This document shows positions 21,021 through 32,123 of a stretch of DNA of 64,000 bases, piece after piece (the stretch's first letter is position 1; every line of letters begins with the position of its first letter). A program made the translations under genes and the position numbers. The notes beneath the pieces are model-generated. The model saw only the letters and a program-made list of their open reading frames with translations. It was not told where the DNA came from and did not search any database. Source of the stretch: an uncultured Planctomycetota bacterium (GTDB lineage Bacteria; Planctomycetota; Phycisphaerae; Tepidisphaerales; Tepidisphaeraceae); the NCBI GenBank assembly GCA_963841915.1, contig CAWJEN010000005.1, forward strand, positions 128,001 to 192,000. The letters are read 5' to 3'.

Positions 21021-22361
21021 ATGTTCTCCAAAGTTCTTGTTGCCAATCGGGGTGAGATCGCGCTGCGGGTGATGCGTGCGTGTCGTGAGCTGGGCGTGAG
21101 CACAGTGGCGGTCTACAGCGAGGCCGACCGCGGCGCGAGCTATCTGGAGCTGGCCGACAAGGCGATCTGCATCGGTCGCGGTCCGTCGGCTGACAGCTAT
21201 CTCAACGTCAGCCGCATCATCGCCGCCGCCGAGGTGCACGATGTGGACGCGATTCACCCGGGTTACGGATTCTTAGCTGAGAACTCGAACTTCAACGAGG
21301 TCGTGCGGTCATGCAAGATCGGTTTCATCGGCCCAAGTCCCGAGGCGATGGCGGCCGTCGGTGACAAGGTCAACTGCAAGCGGCTCGCCCGTGCCGCCAA
21401 CGTGCCGACCGTGCCGGGTAGCGAAGGCGAGCTGGAGACCGAAGAGGAGGCCGTCGAGCTTTGTGAGGAGATCGGGTTCCCGGTGATCATCAAAGCCGCC
21501 GCCGGTGGTGGCGGGCGTGGCATGCGGGTCGCACGTGACGAGAAGAGCCTCCGCGAAGGCTTCAACCAGGCCAAGAACGAGGCCCAGGCCGCCTTTAACG
21601 ACGGCACGGTTTACATCGAAAAGTTTGTCGAGTACGGCCGCCACGTGGAGGTGCAGGTCATCGCCGACAAGAACGGCAAGGCCATCCACCTCTGGGAGCG
21701 CGACTGCTCGCTGCAGCGACGCCACCAGAAGCTCATGGAAGAGTCGCCCTCGCCGCATATCAGCCAGAAGACACGCGAGGCCATGTGCGCCGCGGCGTGT
21801 CGGCTGATCGAGGAGGCGAAGTACGAGAACGCAGGCACCGTCGAGTACCTCGTCGACGCCGACGAGAACTTTTACCTGCTGGAAGTCAACGCCCGCATCC
21901 AGGTCGAGCACCCGGTGACAGAGGCGGTGACGGGGCTCGACCTCATCAAGCTGCAGTTGCAGGTTGCCAGCGGCGACGGCCTGGGTCTGACGCAGGCCGA
22001 CGTGCCGCAGATCGGTCACGCGATCGAGTTCCGCATCAACGCCGAGGACCCGGCGAAGAACTTCATGCCGCAGCCGGGCGTGATCGACACGTGGCTGCCC
22101 CCGGGCGGGCCGGGCGTTCGACTCGACACGCACGCCCATGCCGGGTACCGGATTCCGCCGAACTATGACTCGATGATCGGCAAGCTCATCATCCACCGCC
22201 GTGATCGGGCCGAGGCGATGGCTTGTGCCAAGCGCGCGCTGAGCGAGTTCCGCGTCGGGCCGATCAAGACGACGATCCCGCTTCACCTGCAACTGCTCGA
22301 AGTGCCGCAGGTTCGCGACGGCGGCTTCGACACCGGCTTTGTCGAACGCGAAGTGCTTTGA
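21021..22361 (+). CDS. accC: Acetyl-CoA carboxylase biotin carboxylase
   Basis: ANRGEIA, HPGYGFLAEN, GGGGRGM, ERDCSLQRRHQK, RIQVEHPVTE, YDSMIGKLI. Confidence 0.96.
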   Translation: MFSKVLVANRGEIALRVMRACRELGVSTVAVYSEADRGASYLELADKAICIGRGPSADSYLNVSRIIAAAEVHDVDAIHPGYGFLAENSNFNEVVRSCKIGFIGPSPEAMAAVGDKVNCKRLARAANVPTVPGSEGELETEEEAVELCEEIGFPVIIKAAAGGGGRGMRVARDEKSLREGFNQAKNEAQAAFNDGTVYIEKFVEYGRHVEVQVIADKNGKAIHLWERDCSLQRRHQKLMEESPSPHISQKTREAMCAAACRLIEEAKYENAGTVEYLVDADENFYLLEVNARIQVEHPVTEAVTGLDLIKLQLQVASGDGLGLTQADVPQIGHAIEFRINAEDPAKNFMPQPGVIDTWLPPGGPGVRLDTHAHAGYRIPPNYDSMIGKLIIHRRDRAEAMACAKRALSEFRVGPIKTTIPLHLQLLEVPQVRDGGFDTGFVEREVL

Positions 22362-22367
22362 GTCGCT

Positions 22368-22760
22368 TCACTTCAGGGCGAGCTCGTCAGGAATCTCCCG
22401 CGGCCGCCCGTCGCGACCGACGCAGGCGATGGCCGTCTTGCCTGTCGCCAGCAAGGTGTTTCCGCACTTGAGGGTGTAGTCGTGCTCGATCTTGACATGC
22501 GTACGGCGGGTTTCGGTCGTCGTGAGGTCGACCTCGTCGTCGTACTTCGCCGGCCGCTTGTAGGTGATTTCGGCCTTGATCACGACGAAGTAGACGCCGG
22601 CCTTCTCCAGGTCGGCGTAGGCGACGCCGTTGGCCCGGAGCAGCTCGACGCGACCGATCTCGAAGTACTGCAAGAAGCGGCTGTGGTGCAGGTAACCCAT
22701 GGCGTCGACCTCGGTGTAGCGGACGCGAAGGGTGGTGGTTTGAGAGAGATCGGCCGACAT
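22368..22760 (-). CDS. Acyl-CoA thioesterase (YbgC/4-HBT family)
   Basis: RVRYTEVDAMGYLHHSRFLQYFEIGR, YKRPAKYDD. Confidence 0.88.
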   Translation of the reverse strand: MSADLSQTTTLRVRYTEVDAMGYLHHSRFLQYFEIGRVELLRANGVAYADLEKAGVYFVVIKAEITYKRPAKYDDEVDLTTTETRRTHVKIEHDYTLKCGNTLLATGKTAIACVGRDGRPREIPDELALK

Positions 22761-22895
22761 GCAGCAGTTTATAGACGCGGCCGCGTCGGCCGGGCTACAC
22801 TGCGGGCCCGCCGGTGCATGGGCATCGGTGGCGTTCGCATCGACCTCTATCAGGCGGCGACACATGACACACCTCTCGAAGGAAATGACCGGCTC

Positions 22896-23084
22896 ATGAT
22901 CAAGGTGAAGCTCCGCGGCGGCGAAACGACCGACCAGCTGCTCAAGCGTTTTAAGAAGTCCTGCGAGAAGGAAGGTCTTGTCAAGGACATAAAGAAGAAC
23001 GCGTACTACGAGAAGCCCAGCGAAGAAAAGCGTCGCCTCGCCAAGCGCCGCCCCATGGGTCTTCGTTACGCCGCCCGCGGCTGA
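22896..23084 (+). CDS. rpsU: 30S ribosomal protein S21
   Basis: MIKVKLRGGE..DQLLKRFKKSCEKEG...YYEKPSEEKRR; GAAGGA upstream. Confidence 0.92.
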   Translation: MIKVKLRGGETTDQLLKRFKKSCEKEGLVKDIKKNAYYEKPSEEKRRLAKRRPMGLRYAARG

Positions 23085-23098
23085 GCCACCTTGTCACG

Positions 23099-24037
23099 AT
23101 GACCGTCGCCGAACCGGCAACGCGTGTTGAACCAGCCCCGCCCGTCGGCGGGGCTGGTGCCGTTGACAACGCCATCGAGATTCAGCAGCTCAGCAAAGTC
23201 TACAAAGATTTTTGGGGCCGCCCCAAAGTCACCGCCCTGCACGGCCTCGACCTCACCATCAAAAAGGGCGAAGTCTTCGGCCTGCTCGGCCCCAACGGCA
23301 GCGGTAAGTCGACGACAATCAAGCTTCTGCTCGGCCTGATCTTCCCTACGGGTGGCAGCGCCAAACTGCTCGGCATGTCGGCCGGACATCCGGACGTCAA
23401 CGCCCGCATCGGCTTTCTACCTGAAGAGTCGTACCTCTACCGCTTTCTCAACGGCGAGGAAATCCTGCGGTTCTACGGCAAGCTCTTCAAGCTCAGCCGC
23501 CGCGAACTCGACGAGCGGATTCCGCTCCTCCTCGACGCCGTCGGCCTCGACGCCAAGGCACGACGCCGCAAGCTACGAGAGTACTCCAAAGGCATGGCCC
23601 GCCGCATCGGCCTTGCCCAGGCGCTCATCAACGATCCTGAACTCGTCATCCTCGACGAGCCGACCACCGGCCTCGACCCCATCGGCACGCGGGAGATGAA
23701 GGACCTCATTGTTTCGCTCAAGGAGCAAGGCAAAACCGTCCTGCTGTGCAGTCACCTTTTGGCCGACGTCGAAGACGTCTGCGATCGCGTGACCATTCTG
23801 TTTCGTGGCAAGATGCAGACGCTTGGCCAGGTCAGCGAGCTGACGCAGGATCGCGGCGTTACGAGTGTTGAACTACCTGACATGACGCCTCAGCAGCAGG
23901 ACGAACTTCGCCAATTTCTGGCCAAGATAGGCCACGGCGACGCCCGATTCACGCACCCGCGGACCACGCTCGAAGACCTGTTCCTCCGCATCGTCCGCGA
24001 CAACAGCGGTGGTGGCACGTATACGTCCTCCGAGTAG
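23099..24037 (+). CDS. ABC transporter ATP-binding protein
   Basis: Walker A GPNGSGKST, signature YSKGM, Walker B VILDEPT, H-loop SH. Confidence 0.93.
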   Translation: MTVAEPATRVEPAPPVGGAGAVDNAIEIQQLSKVYKDFWGRPKVTALHGLDLTIKKGEVFGLLGPNGSGKSTTIKLLLGLIFPTGGSAKLLGMSAGHPDVNARIGFLPEESYLYRFLNGEEILRFYGKLFKLSRRELDERIPLLLDAVGLDAKARRRKLREYSKGMARRIGLAQALINDPELVILDEPTTGLDPIGTREMKDLIVSLKEQGKTVLLCSHLLADVEDVCDRVTILFRGKMQTLGQVSELTQDRGVTSVELPDMTPQQQDELRQFLAKIGHGDARFTHPRTTLEDLFLRIVRDNSGGGTYTSSE

Positions 24038-24078
24038 ACTCTTCTAGCTCGAAGCCGCGTGCGTCACCCGTCGAAACC

Positions 24079-26133
24079 GTGTCGTTCCTCCTGTCCAACC
24101 TCCCGCTCGTCCTGAGCGGCTTTATCGTCTTTGTCGGCCTTGCGATCTTCGGCCCGCGTGATCTGGTCCGGTTCAGCATCATCCGCACCTGGGCCGTCGG
24201 GTCGCTGACGTTTCGCGAGGGCATCCGCAGGCGGGTCTTGTGGACGATGCCGCTGGCAATGATCGCGGCGCTGTTTCTGATCATCCTGGCCGATCCCGCC
24301 GACGAACGACAGGCCATGTCGCAGGCCATCCAGTCGCTGCTCTTTGCCAGCGGGCTCATGGCGATCCTCGTGCCGCTCGTGCTCGGATGCACGAGCTTCC
24401 CTCGCGAGATCGAGAACCGCATCCTCTACGGCGTCGTCACCAAGCCGGTCACGCGTCTCGAACTGCTGCTCGGCAAGATCGTCGGCCTCGCCCGGTTGCT
24501 CGCCGTCGCGTTGGTTGTCATGGGCGTCTTCTCGCTGATCGTCCTGCTCATCCTCGAAGCGCGGCTCGTCGGCACCATCAAGGATCAGCTTGCAGGCGTT
24601 CTGCCGGACGAGAGCCGGCGGCCCTATCTCACGCACGTGGTCGACGACGGCCTGCTGAGTATCGCCGGGAGCAGGCGGGCGTCTGACTTCCAGTTCTACG
24701 CCGAGCCGCCACAGGTGTACGGCGACGACACGACAGCATCGCGGTTCTTCCCGCCGAACAATTACTTCGCCGCCGTGCCGTTCACCATTCCGGCCGACGA
24801 GGCGGTGGCGTTGTCGTCTATAGCTGCCGAGGGCAAGGCGACGGTCGTCGTGCAGCTTCGGCTCGACTGGCACCTGCTCGAGGGCGAGCAGCCACCCGGC
24901 TCGCTGCCGATCGGCGTGCAGAACCCAAACAACCTGCCCGCCCTGCTGCCGCCTTTGGTCGGCGTCGATCTTCGCACGGTCAACTACTTGCCGCTGCGCA
25001 TGCTCGACGGCATCGCCAACAACGTCGCGCAGCTACCAGTGAATGGTCGCGACGTCGAATGGGATGACGCCGCGGCCATCGTTTTGCCGGACGACGTCGC
25101 GAAGCTCATCGGCGATGTCGCCGTCATCGAGACGTTCCACATTGGCATCTGGGGCAGGTCATCGAGCTTTGCCTACGGCATCGCTCCCGATAGCGTCCGC
25201 CTGCTCGTCGTCACCACCCCCGACATCACGCAAACGTTTGGCCCCTATCTGCCGGCGATCAACCCAGGCGAGACGCGGTCAAAGCTTTTGCTTCGCACGC
25301 ACTTCGGCAGCGGTGGTCAAGGCCTTCGCGGCCCCGGCGACGGCTACATCGCGCCCTACGGCGTCTTCGCCTATCGCGGCTTCGACGCAGCGGCCGGTGA
25401 GACGGTCGGCTTCGAACTGGCAGGCGACGCCGAGCAGGACGGTACGATCAGCGACTACCTCGCCACAGCCGTCGAGGCCGGTTCACGAACCCGCATCGTC
25501 AGCTCAGACGGCTCGGCGTCGGAGTGGAAAGATCTCGCCGTCGACACCGCTCGTCCCGGCTACGTCGCCTTCGATGCCGACTACACCAACACCGGCGACT
25601 TCGACCTGCAGATCCAGACCACCGCCCGCGACCGATTCATCAGTTTGACTACATCCAGCATTCGCATGACCGGCGTCGGTGAATCGTTTGCCTGGACCTT
25701 TATCAAAGCGCTTGCCGCGCAGTGGCTGCTCGGCGTGCTGGTGGCAACGGTCGCCCTCGTCTTCGGGACCTTCGTCTCCTGGCCCGTCGCGCTGGTGCTG
25801 TGCGTGGCCTTCGTCGGCGGGCGCAGCGTTATCACGTCGGTCGGTGAGTCGTCCGGCCGCGACGCAGTGATGGAGGTGTTCGACGTCGAGACCGATTCCG
25901 CCGCCGCCCGCGAGGTGGTCGAGCGTGGCTATTCTGCGCTCAGTGCCACCACGCAGACGGTGGGCGAATTTCTTCCGCCGACGAGCCTGTACGACGTGTC
26001 AGCCGTCGTGGCAGCACGGGAGCCGGTGTCGCTGCGGATGCTGCTGGGGCCGTTGCTGGTGACGCTGCTTTACGGTTTACCTGTCGCTGTCATCGGCTAC
26101 ATCGTTCTCAAGCGAAAAGAGGTTGCGGCATGA
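24079..26133 (+). CDS. ABC-2-type permease with large extracytoplasmic domain
   Basis: TM helices, FPREIENRILYGVVTKPVTRLELLLGK motif, C-terminal TM helices ending LKRKEVAA. Confidence 0.75.
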   Translation: MSFLLSNLPLVLSGFIVFVGLAIFGPRDLVRFSIIRTWAVGSLTFREGIRRRVLWTMPLAMIAALFLIILADPADERQAMSQAIQSLLFASGLMAILVPLVLGCTSFPREIENRILYGVVTKPVTRLELLLGKIVGLARLLAVALVVMGVFSLIVLLILEARLVGTIKDQLAGVLPDESRRPYLTHVVDDGLLSIAGSRRASDFQFYAEPPQVYGDDTTASRFFPPNNYFAAVPFTIPADEAVALSSIAAEGKATVVVQLRLDWHLLEGEQPPGSLPIGVQNPNNLPALLPPLVGVDLRTVNYLPLRMLDGIANNVAQLPVNGRDVEWDDAAAIVLPDDVAKLIGDVAVIETFHIGIWGRSSSFAYGIAPDSVRLLVVTTPDITQTFGPYLPAINPGETRSKLLLRTHFGSGGQGLRGPGDGYIAPYGVFAYRGFDAAAGETVGFELAGDAEQDGTISDYLATAVEAGSRTRIVSSDGSASEWKDLAVDTARPGYVAFDADYTNTGDFDLQIQTTARDRFISLTTSSIRMTGVGESFAWTFIKALAAQWLLGVLVATVALVFGTFVSWPVALVLCVAFVGGRSVITSVGESSGRDAVMEVFDVETDSAAAREVVERGYSALSATTQTVGEFLPPTSLYDVSAVVAAREPVSLRMLLGPLLVTLLYGLPVAVIGYIVLKRKEVAA

Positions 26134-27857
26134 CGCGGAAGACGACCCTCATCGCCATGGCCGCAGCACTCGTGGCGGCGGGCATCATGCGGCCGGTCAC
26201 GCAGGCCACACGTCAGACGCTTGCCCCTGGCACAGCGGCGGCGGGTACCTCGGCCGGAACGCTCGGGCGGCTCGACTCGGCAGCGCTCGCCCTTGTCCTG
26301 GGCGGCCTCCGCGGGCCGCTCGTGATGGCCCTGTGGACCAGCACCGGGGACCAGCAAGGCCAGGGCGCAGGCGGTGACCAGTTGCTCGGCGGGCTCGACA
26401 CGAAGCTCGAGCTCATCCGCCTGCTGCAGCCGCAGTTCGACAACGTCCACCTGCAGCAGATCTTCAACAAGGCGTACAACATCAGCGCCGAAGTTGTCTC
26501 CCCCGCCGCCCGATACACGGCCGTTCTCGATGGCGTCGACTATGCCGAAAAGGTGCTCGACGATCGGCCTTACAACGTCACGCTCGAGACGCAGCTCTAC
26601 CAGCTCTACAGCAACAAGCTCGGCAGCGCCGACGAGCGCGACTACTACGCATTTCGTGTCCGCCAGGAGACGCGTGCGGGTGTGGGGTCGACCCGCATGA
26701 CCTTCCCCGCCGACGCCCAGGGTGCGGTGCTGACAGCAGCCACCCAGGCCGGTGTGTCGCCGCGCGAGTTGCAGGTCCGACGCGGCCAGAACCCGTCGCT
26801 GCGTACGGCCATCGTGTCGTCCGCCGCCGCCGATGCGGTGCGGGCGGCCTTGCCCGAACTCGACATCACGCTCGAAGAACTCGTCCGCGACACGTCCGTC
26901 GAGGGCGCTGCCCTGGGACGACTGTTGCCCGTGATCGACGCCCAGGGTAACGTGCTGCCCGAACTGACGCAGGCGAAACGCGAAGCACCAGAAGGCGTCC
27001 AAGCCGGTGAGTATCTCGACGGCAGCGCCATCCAGTTTCTTGAAGAGTTTGCTCCGTTTCCTGAAGGGTTGAGCCCGCACGCCTTGTCGTACGAGCACGC
27101 GGTGCGGGCGTACGTGCTACAGGAGTTTGCCGGGCAGAAGCACGTGCTGCATTCGCCGTCGTTTGTGCGGGCGGCTCCGGTGCGGGCGTTGCGCGATTGG
27201 ACGGCCTCTGCCTACGAAGAAGGTCGCCAGTTCGAAGCCGAAGCCATGGGACGCGTGCCGCCGCGCCGAACCAAGGATGGACAGCAGCAGGCCGAGACGG
27301 AGTTGCTGTCGGCCGACCTTCCGCTGGACGGCAGCGTGCCGTTCCCGGCCATGCTCGAGCTCGCGCTGCTGTACTACGAGCGGAGCCAGCAACTGGCTGA
27401 GCCGTCGATCGAGCGGATCGAGCAGCACATCGCGTCGTACCCCGAGGCATTCGGCACCTTCGCCTGGACCATCCAGTACTTCGGCTTTCTGAAGGTGATG
27501 CTCGAAGCCGACGAGACGTACGCCCGCCTGGCCCTTGGCGAGTTTGCCGACGACAGAACAGCGGCGATAGCCCGAGCAGATGCTCTATACGAGGAAGCGG
27601 CCGGCTTGGGGCTCGACTATGTCATTTGGTATCACGTCGATGCCGACGTGCTGCCCGAGGGCGTCGGCCGGTACGAAGTGCAAGATCTGCCGCGGTCGAC
27701 GAAGCAGCAGATGTACGCACAGATGCAAGTGCTTCGCACCCGCGCCCGCGGCACGGGCATGTTCGAGGCCGAACGCGTCGTCGACGAGTTCGACGGCATC
27801 TTCAACAGGATCGCCCTGCGGCGGCAGTTGCTTGCCAACGCTTCTCAGGCTAATTAA
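26130..27857 (+). CDS. Membrane-anchored helical protein co-transcribed with the ABC genes
   Basis: N-terminal hydrophobic segment, LGGLRG..LW and LQPQF..V...NKAYNIS motifs; ATGA overlap with the permease. Confidence 0.65.
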   Translation: MTRKTTLIAMAAALVAAGIMRPVTQATRQTLAPGTAAAGTSAGTLGRLDSAALALVLGGLRGPLVMALWTSTGDQQGQGAGGDQLLGGLDTKLELIRLLQPQFDNVHLQQIFNKAYNISAEVVSPAARYTAVLDGVDYAEKVLDDRPYNVTLETQLYQLYSNKLGSADERDYYAFRVRQETRAGVGSTRMTFPADAQGAVLTAATQAGVSPRELQVRRGQNPSLRTAIVSSAAADAVRAALPELDITLEELVRDTSVEGAALGRLLPVIDAQGNVLPELTQAKREAPEGVQAGEYLDGSAIQFLEEFAPFPEGLSPHALSYEHAVRAYVLQEFAGQKHVLHSPSFVRAAPVRALRDWTASAYEEGRQFEAEAMGRVPPRRTKDGQQQAETELLSADLPLDGSVPFPAMLELALLYYERSQQLAEPSIERIEQHIASYPEAFGTFAWTIQYFGFLKVMLEADETYARLALGEFADDRTAAIARADALYEEAAGLGLDYVIWYHVDADVLPEGVGRYEVQDLPRSTKQQMYAQMQVLRTRARGTGMFEAERVVDEFDGIFNRIALRRQLLANASQAN

Positions 27858-27947
27858 CGCTTCGAGCTTGTTTGCTCTTCCGCCTCGGCTGCGCCTTGGA
27901 TGATGGAGGGCACTGTTGAAGCACTTGCCGGTCCAGACCGCTTTTGA

Positions 27948-28943
27948 TCAGCGGCGGTCGGCATCATTCGGGACGCCGTCCGATTCACCACCGACGCAGG
28001 CTGGGAATGCGCTGAGGATGGCGAGGGCTTCGGTGAAGGCCGTCTGCTGCCTGGCCTGGGCGGCCTGGGCGGCACGGGCCGTCAGCGGCTTGCTGTCGGC
28101 CTGGAGCTGTGTGAATTCTCGACCTGAGGCAATGGCCGGCCGGGCGTACTGGCGGGCGACCTGCGGCGGGACGTCTTGTGCCCGCTTCTGGGCCGTCTGC
28201 ACGCGTTCGGCAAGGGACGGGTGACTGCTGAGGAAGCCTTGAATGCCACCGCCTGCGTCGCCTTGTTCTTCGAGCATGGCCTTGAAGAAGTTGGCAAAGC
28301 GGGCCGGCTCGTAACCGGCACGCAGGTAGAACTCGAAGCCGAGCTCGTCGGCCTCGCGCTCCTTGTCGCGGCCGAACTGTAGTCCGACGACCTGCCCACC
28401 GGCGAGCGCGATGCCGCCGACGGTCGTGGCGGTTTGGGTCCGCTTGCCGTCCTCGGCGAGGGCGGCCCCGATCAGGCCGGCACCGGCGGCTGCACCAAGC
28501 GTGTAGTACTGGCTTTGCATCGATTCCTTGACGTGCCGGCCGACGATGTGACCGAATTCGTGACCGACCACGCCGGCAAAGGCGTCTTCGGTGTCAGAGG
28601 CCTCGAACAGCTTCGTGTACAAGTAGACGTGCGTTCCGCCGGTCGTGAAGGCATTCGTCACAGGGCTGGCGACGAGGTGGAACTGAATGTTCTCGAACAT
28701 CCACGGCTCGATGTTGTACTCGTCGAGCTCGCCGGCCTCGTACATCTCCTCGGCGGCGGCGACGATGCGATCGCCCACCGCCTGAACGTAGCGGGCCAAC
28801 TCGGCCGGCTCGCGGACGACCGTCGGCTCGATCTGCGTGTGCACGTCCTGGGCCTGGGCGATAACCTGCTGGTCACTGACGCAGCCGGTGGCAAGGCCTG
28901 CGAGGGCAAGCAAGGTGAGCAGCGACGTGAGAAGCTTCGGCAT
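27948..28943 (-). CDS. M48 family zinc metallopeptidase lipoprotein (BepA/LoiP-like)
   Basis: Lipobox ATGC, NAFTTGG, HEFGH, EREAD..G, FLSSHP..ER. Confidence 0.88.
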   Translation of the reverse strand: MPKLLTSLLTLLALAGLATGCVSDQQVIAQAQDVHTQIEPTVVREPAELARYVQAVGDRIVAAAEEMYEAGELDEYNIEPWMFENIQFHLVASPVTNAFTTGGTHVYLYTKLFEASDTEDAFAGVVGHEFGHIVGRHVKESMQSQYYTLGAAAGAGLIGAALAEDGKRTQTATTVGGIALAGGQVVGLQFGRDKEREADELGFEFYLRAGYEPARFANFFKAMLEEQGDAGGGIQGFLSSHPSLAERVQTAQKRAQDVPPQVARQYARPAIASGREFTQLQADSKPLTARAAQAAQARQQTAFTEALAILSAFPACVGGESDGVPNDADRR

Positions 28944-29007
28944 GGTCGCCATTAGACGCGTGAACGGCCGAGGTGTCGATGTAGATTTTGCGACGTCTGT
29001 CAGGCCG

Positions 29008-29691
29008 CTACAGCCGACGGACCACATCAAGCACGTCTGCGGTGACCTGCTCCACGGCTTGCGAGGCATCGACGACGACATGATTCTGGGGATGTCGCTG
29101 GGCCAACTCCAGGAATCGCTGCCGCACGGCCCGGTGATACGCGGCCGGTCGCCGCTCGATGCGGTCTTTGTCACCCGCGTCATCGGCATCGGCAAAGAGC
29201 GGGACGTACTTGGGTACCACGCGGGCCTGGGCGACCTCCGTCGGCACGTCGAGAATGATCGTCAGGTCCGGCCAGCACCCGCCGACGGCGACGTCGCCAA
29301 CCTGCTCGATGTCAGTTGCCGTCAAGCCGTCACCGCCAGCTTGATAGGCGAGCGTCGAGCTGATGAACCGGTCGCACAGCACCAGCTTGCGATCGAGCAA
29401 CGCCGGGCGAATCGTCTCGACGACGAGCTGCGCCCGGGCGGCCATGTAGAGCAGCATCTCGGCCCGCATGGTCATGTCGCTGTTGGGATCCAGCAAAAGA
29501 TCGCGCACCCGCTCGCCGATGAGCGTGCTGCCGGGGTCTCGCACGCAGCAGATGTCGACCTCACTGCAAAGCGTCTCGTGAAGACGGTGGAGCTGAGTTG
29601 ACTTGCCGCAACCCTCGCCACCGTCGAGCACGATGAAGCGGCCGGCGAGCGGATGGCGTTCGGCGGCGGGCATCGGCGGCAGGTTAGTCAC
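29008..29691 (-). CDS. tmk: Thymidylate kinase
   Basis: FIVLDGGEGCGKST, LLYMAARAQ, CDRF..STLAYQ, PDLTIILD. Confidence 0.93.
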   Translation of the reverse strand: MTNLPPMPAAERHPLAGRFIVLDGGEGCGKSTQLHRLHETLCSEVDICCVRDPGSTLIGERVRDLLLDPNSDMTMRAEMLLYMAARAQLVVETIRPALLDRKLVLCDRFISSTLAYQAGGDGLTATDIEQVGDVAVGGCWPDLTIILDVPTEVAQARVVPKYVPLFADADDAGDKDRIERRPAAYHRAVRQRFLELAQRHPQNHVVVDASQAVEQVTADVLDVVRRL

Positions 29692-29723
29692 CCTCTGCGG
29701 CGAGCGCGTAGGCTGGCCCCATC

Positions 29724-30951
29724 ATGCCTGAAGCCAACGAACCGGCCGACCGCTACGAAAAACCCGGCAGCGGAAATGATCCGCAATTCGCCAGCCTTCG
29801 TCGCAGCTTCGAAGATGTTTTTGGCGAGGATGATGACGACGACAATCCGTATAACGACGCCGCCATCAGCGTCGTCCGATCGCCCGGGCCGCGTGAATCT
29901 GATTGGCGAGCACACCGATTACGCTGAGGGATTTGTCTTCCCGATGGCGATCGAGCCGCGGGTGACCTTCGCCTATCGCCGCCGAAGCGACGGCCAGATC
30001 CGCGTTTCAAGCGACCAGGGTGACAGCACCATCACCACCTTCACGATCGACACGGAGGCTGGCGAGCCGAAGTGGACGAACTACCTGCGCGGCGTCGTCG
30101 CCCTGCTCCGCAAGCACGGTGACGTGCTCAGTGGCGGGGACATTTTCCTCATGTCGAGCCTGCCCGTCGGTGCCGGCCTCAGCAGCTCGGCCGCGCTCGA
30201 AGTGGGCATGTGTCGCGTCATGCTCGACCTGGCAGGCGGCACGCTGAGTGAACCCGAGATCGCCAAGCTGTGCCAGCAGGCAGAACATGAGTACGCCGGC
30301 GTGCCGTGCGGCATCATGGACCAGATGGCCGTCGCGGCGGGCAAGGCCGGTCACGCGATGCTGCTCGACTGCCGCACACTCGATCGCACGTACGCCCCGC
30401 TGCCCGAAGACGACGTGGCCGTCATTATCTGCGACAGCAAGGCCGAGCACGAGCTGACGGGCGGCGAATACGCGGAGCGGCGGGAATCTGTTGAACAAGC
30501 GGCGAAACTGTTGGGCGTGCCGTTTCTCCGTGATGCGACGCCGGACGACGTCGAGGCCAAGAAGGACGATCTTGGCGACCTGCTGTACCGCCGGGCCCGC
30601 CACGTGACGACGGAAAACCAGCGTTGCCTCGACTTTGCCGAGTCGCTCAAGAGCGGCGACCTCAAAGCTGCCGGCGAACGGATGTACGAAAGCCACGCGA
30701 GCCTTTCGGGCGACTACGAAGTCAGCACGAAGGAGCTCGACGCCCTGGTCGAAGCCGCCCGCGGCGTCGACGGCGTGTACGGCAGCCGGATGACCGGCGC
30801 GGGCTTCGGCGGTTGCACCGTCACGCTCTGCCGTCCCGACGCCGCCGATGACGTCATCGAGACGCTGAAGAACGCGGCAAAGGAACAGTTCGGCATCGAC
30901 ACGATGCCGTTCGTCACGAAGGCGACCACCGGGCGCGTGGTGCTCGACTGA
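29724..30951 (+). pseudogene. galK: Galactokinase, +1 frameshift near the 5' end as assembled
   Basis: ORF 29724 gives ...SFEDVFG...SVVRSPG, which joins RVNLIGEHTDY in the +1 frame (extra base at about 29883-29889). GAGLSSSAA, CGIMDQ and GSRMTGAGFGGC are intact. Possibly an assembly error. Confidence 0.88.
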
Positions 30952-30993
30952 GAGCGACCTCAAGCCGGCCGGCCCTAGCCTCCGCCGCGACCC

Positions 30994-31986
<993 letters not shown>

Positions 31987-32123
31987 GCGCCCGCTGCATC
32001 GCCATTATCGGGTCTCATCGGCGAACCGAAGTCTTGTCCGCGGTCGTAGAAACGTGTTAAGCTTCTCGGGCCGCCCCGATCTCCGCAACCTTTGCGGCTC
32101 AGGTGGCTGACACGCCACATCCC

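Noticed and set aside
29653..29880. ORF-track N-terminus of galK (MAFGGG...MMTTTIRITT)
   Set aside because: Overlaps tmk and is non-homologous; the real N-terminus is in the frame starting at 29724.
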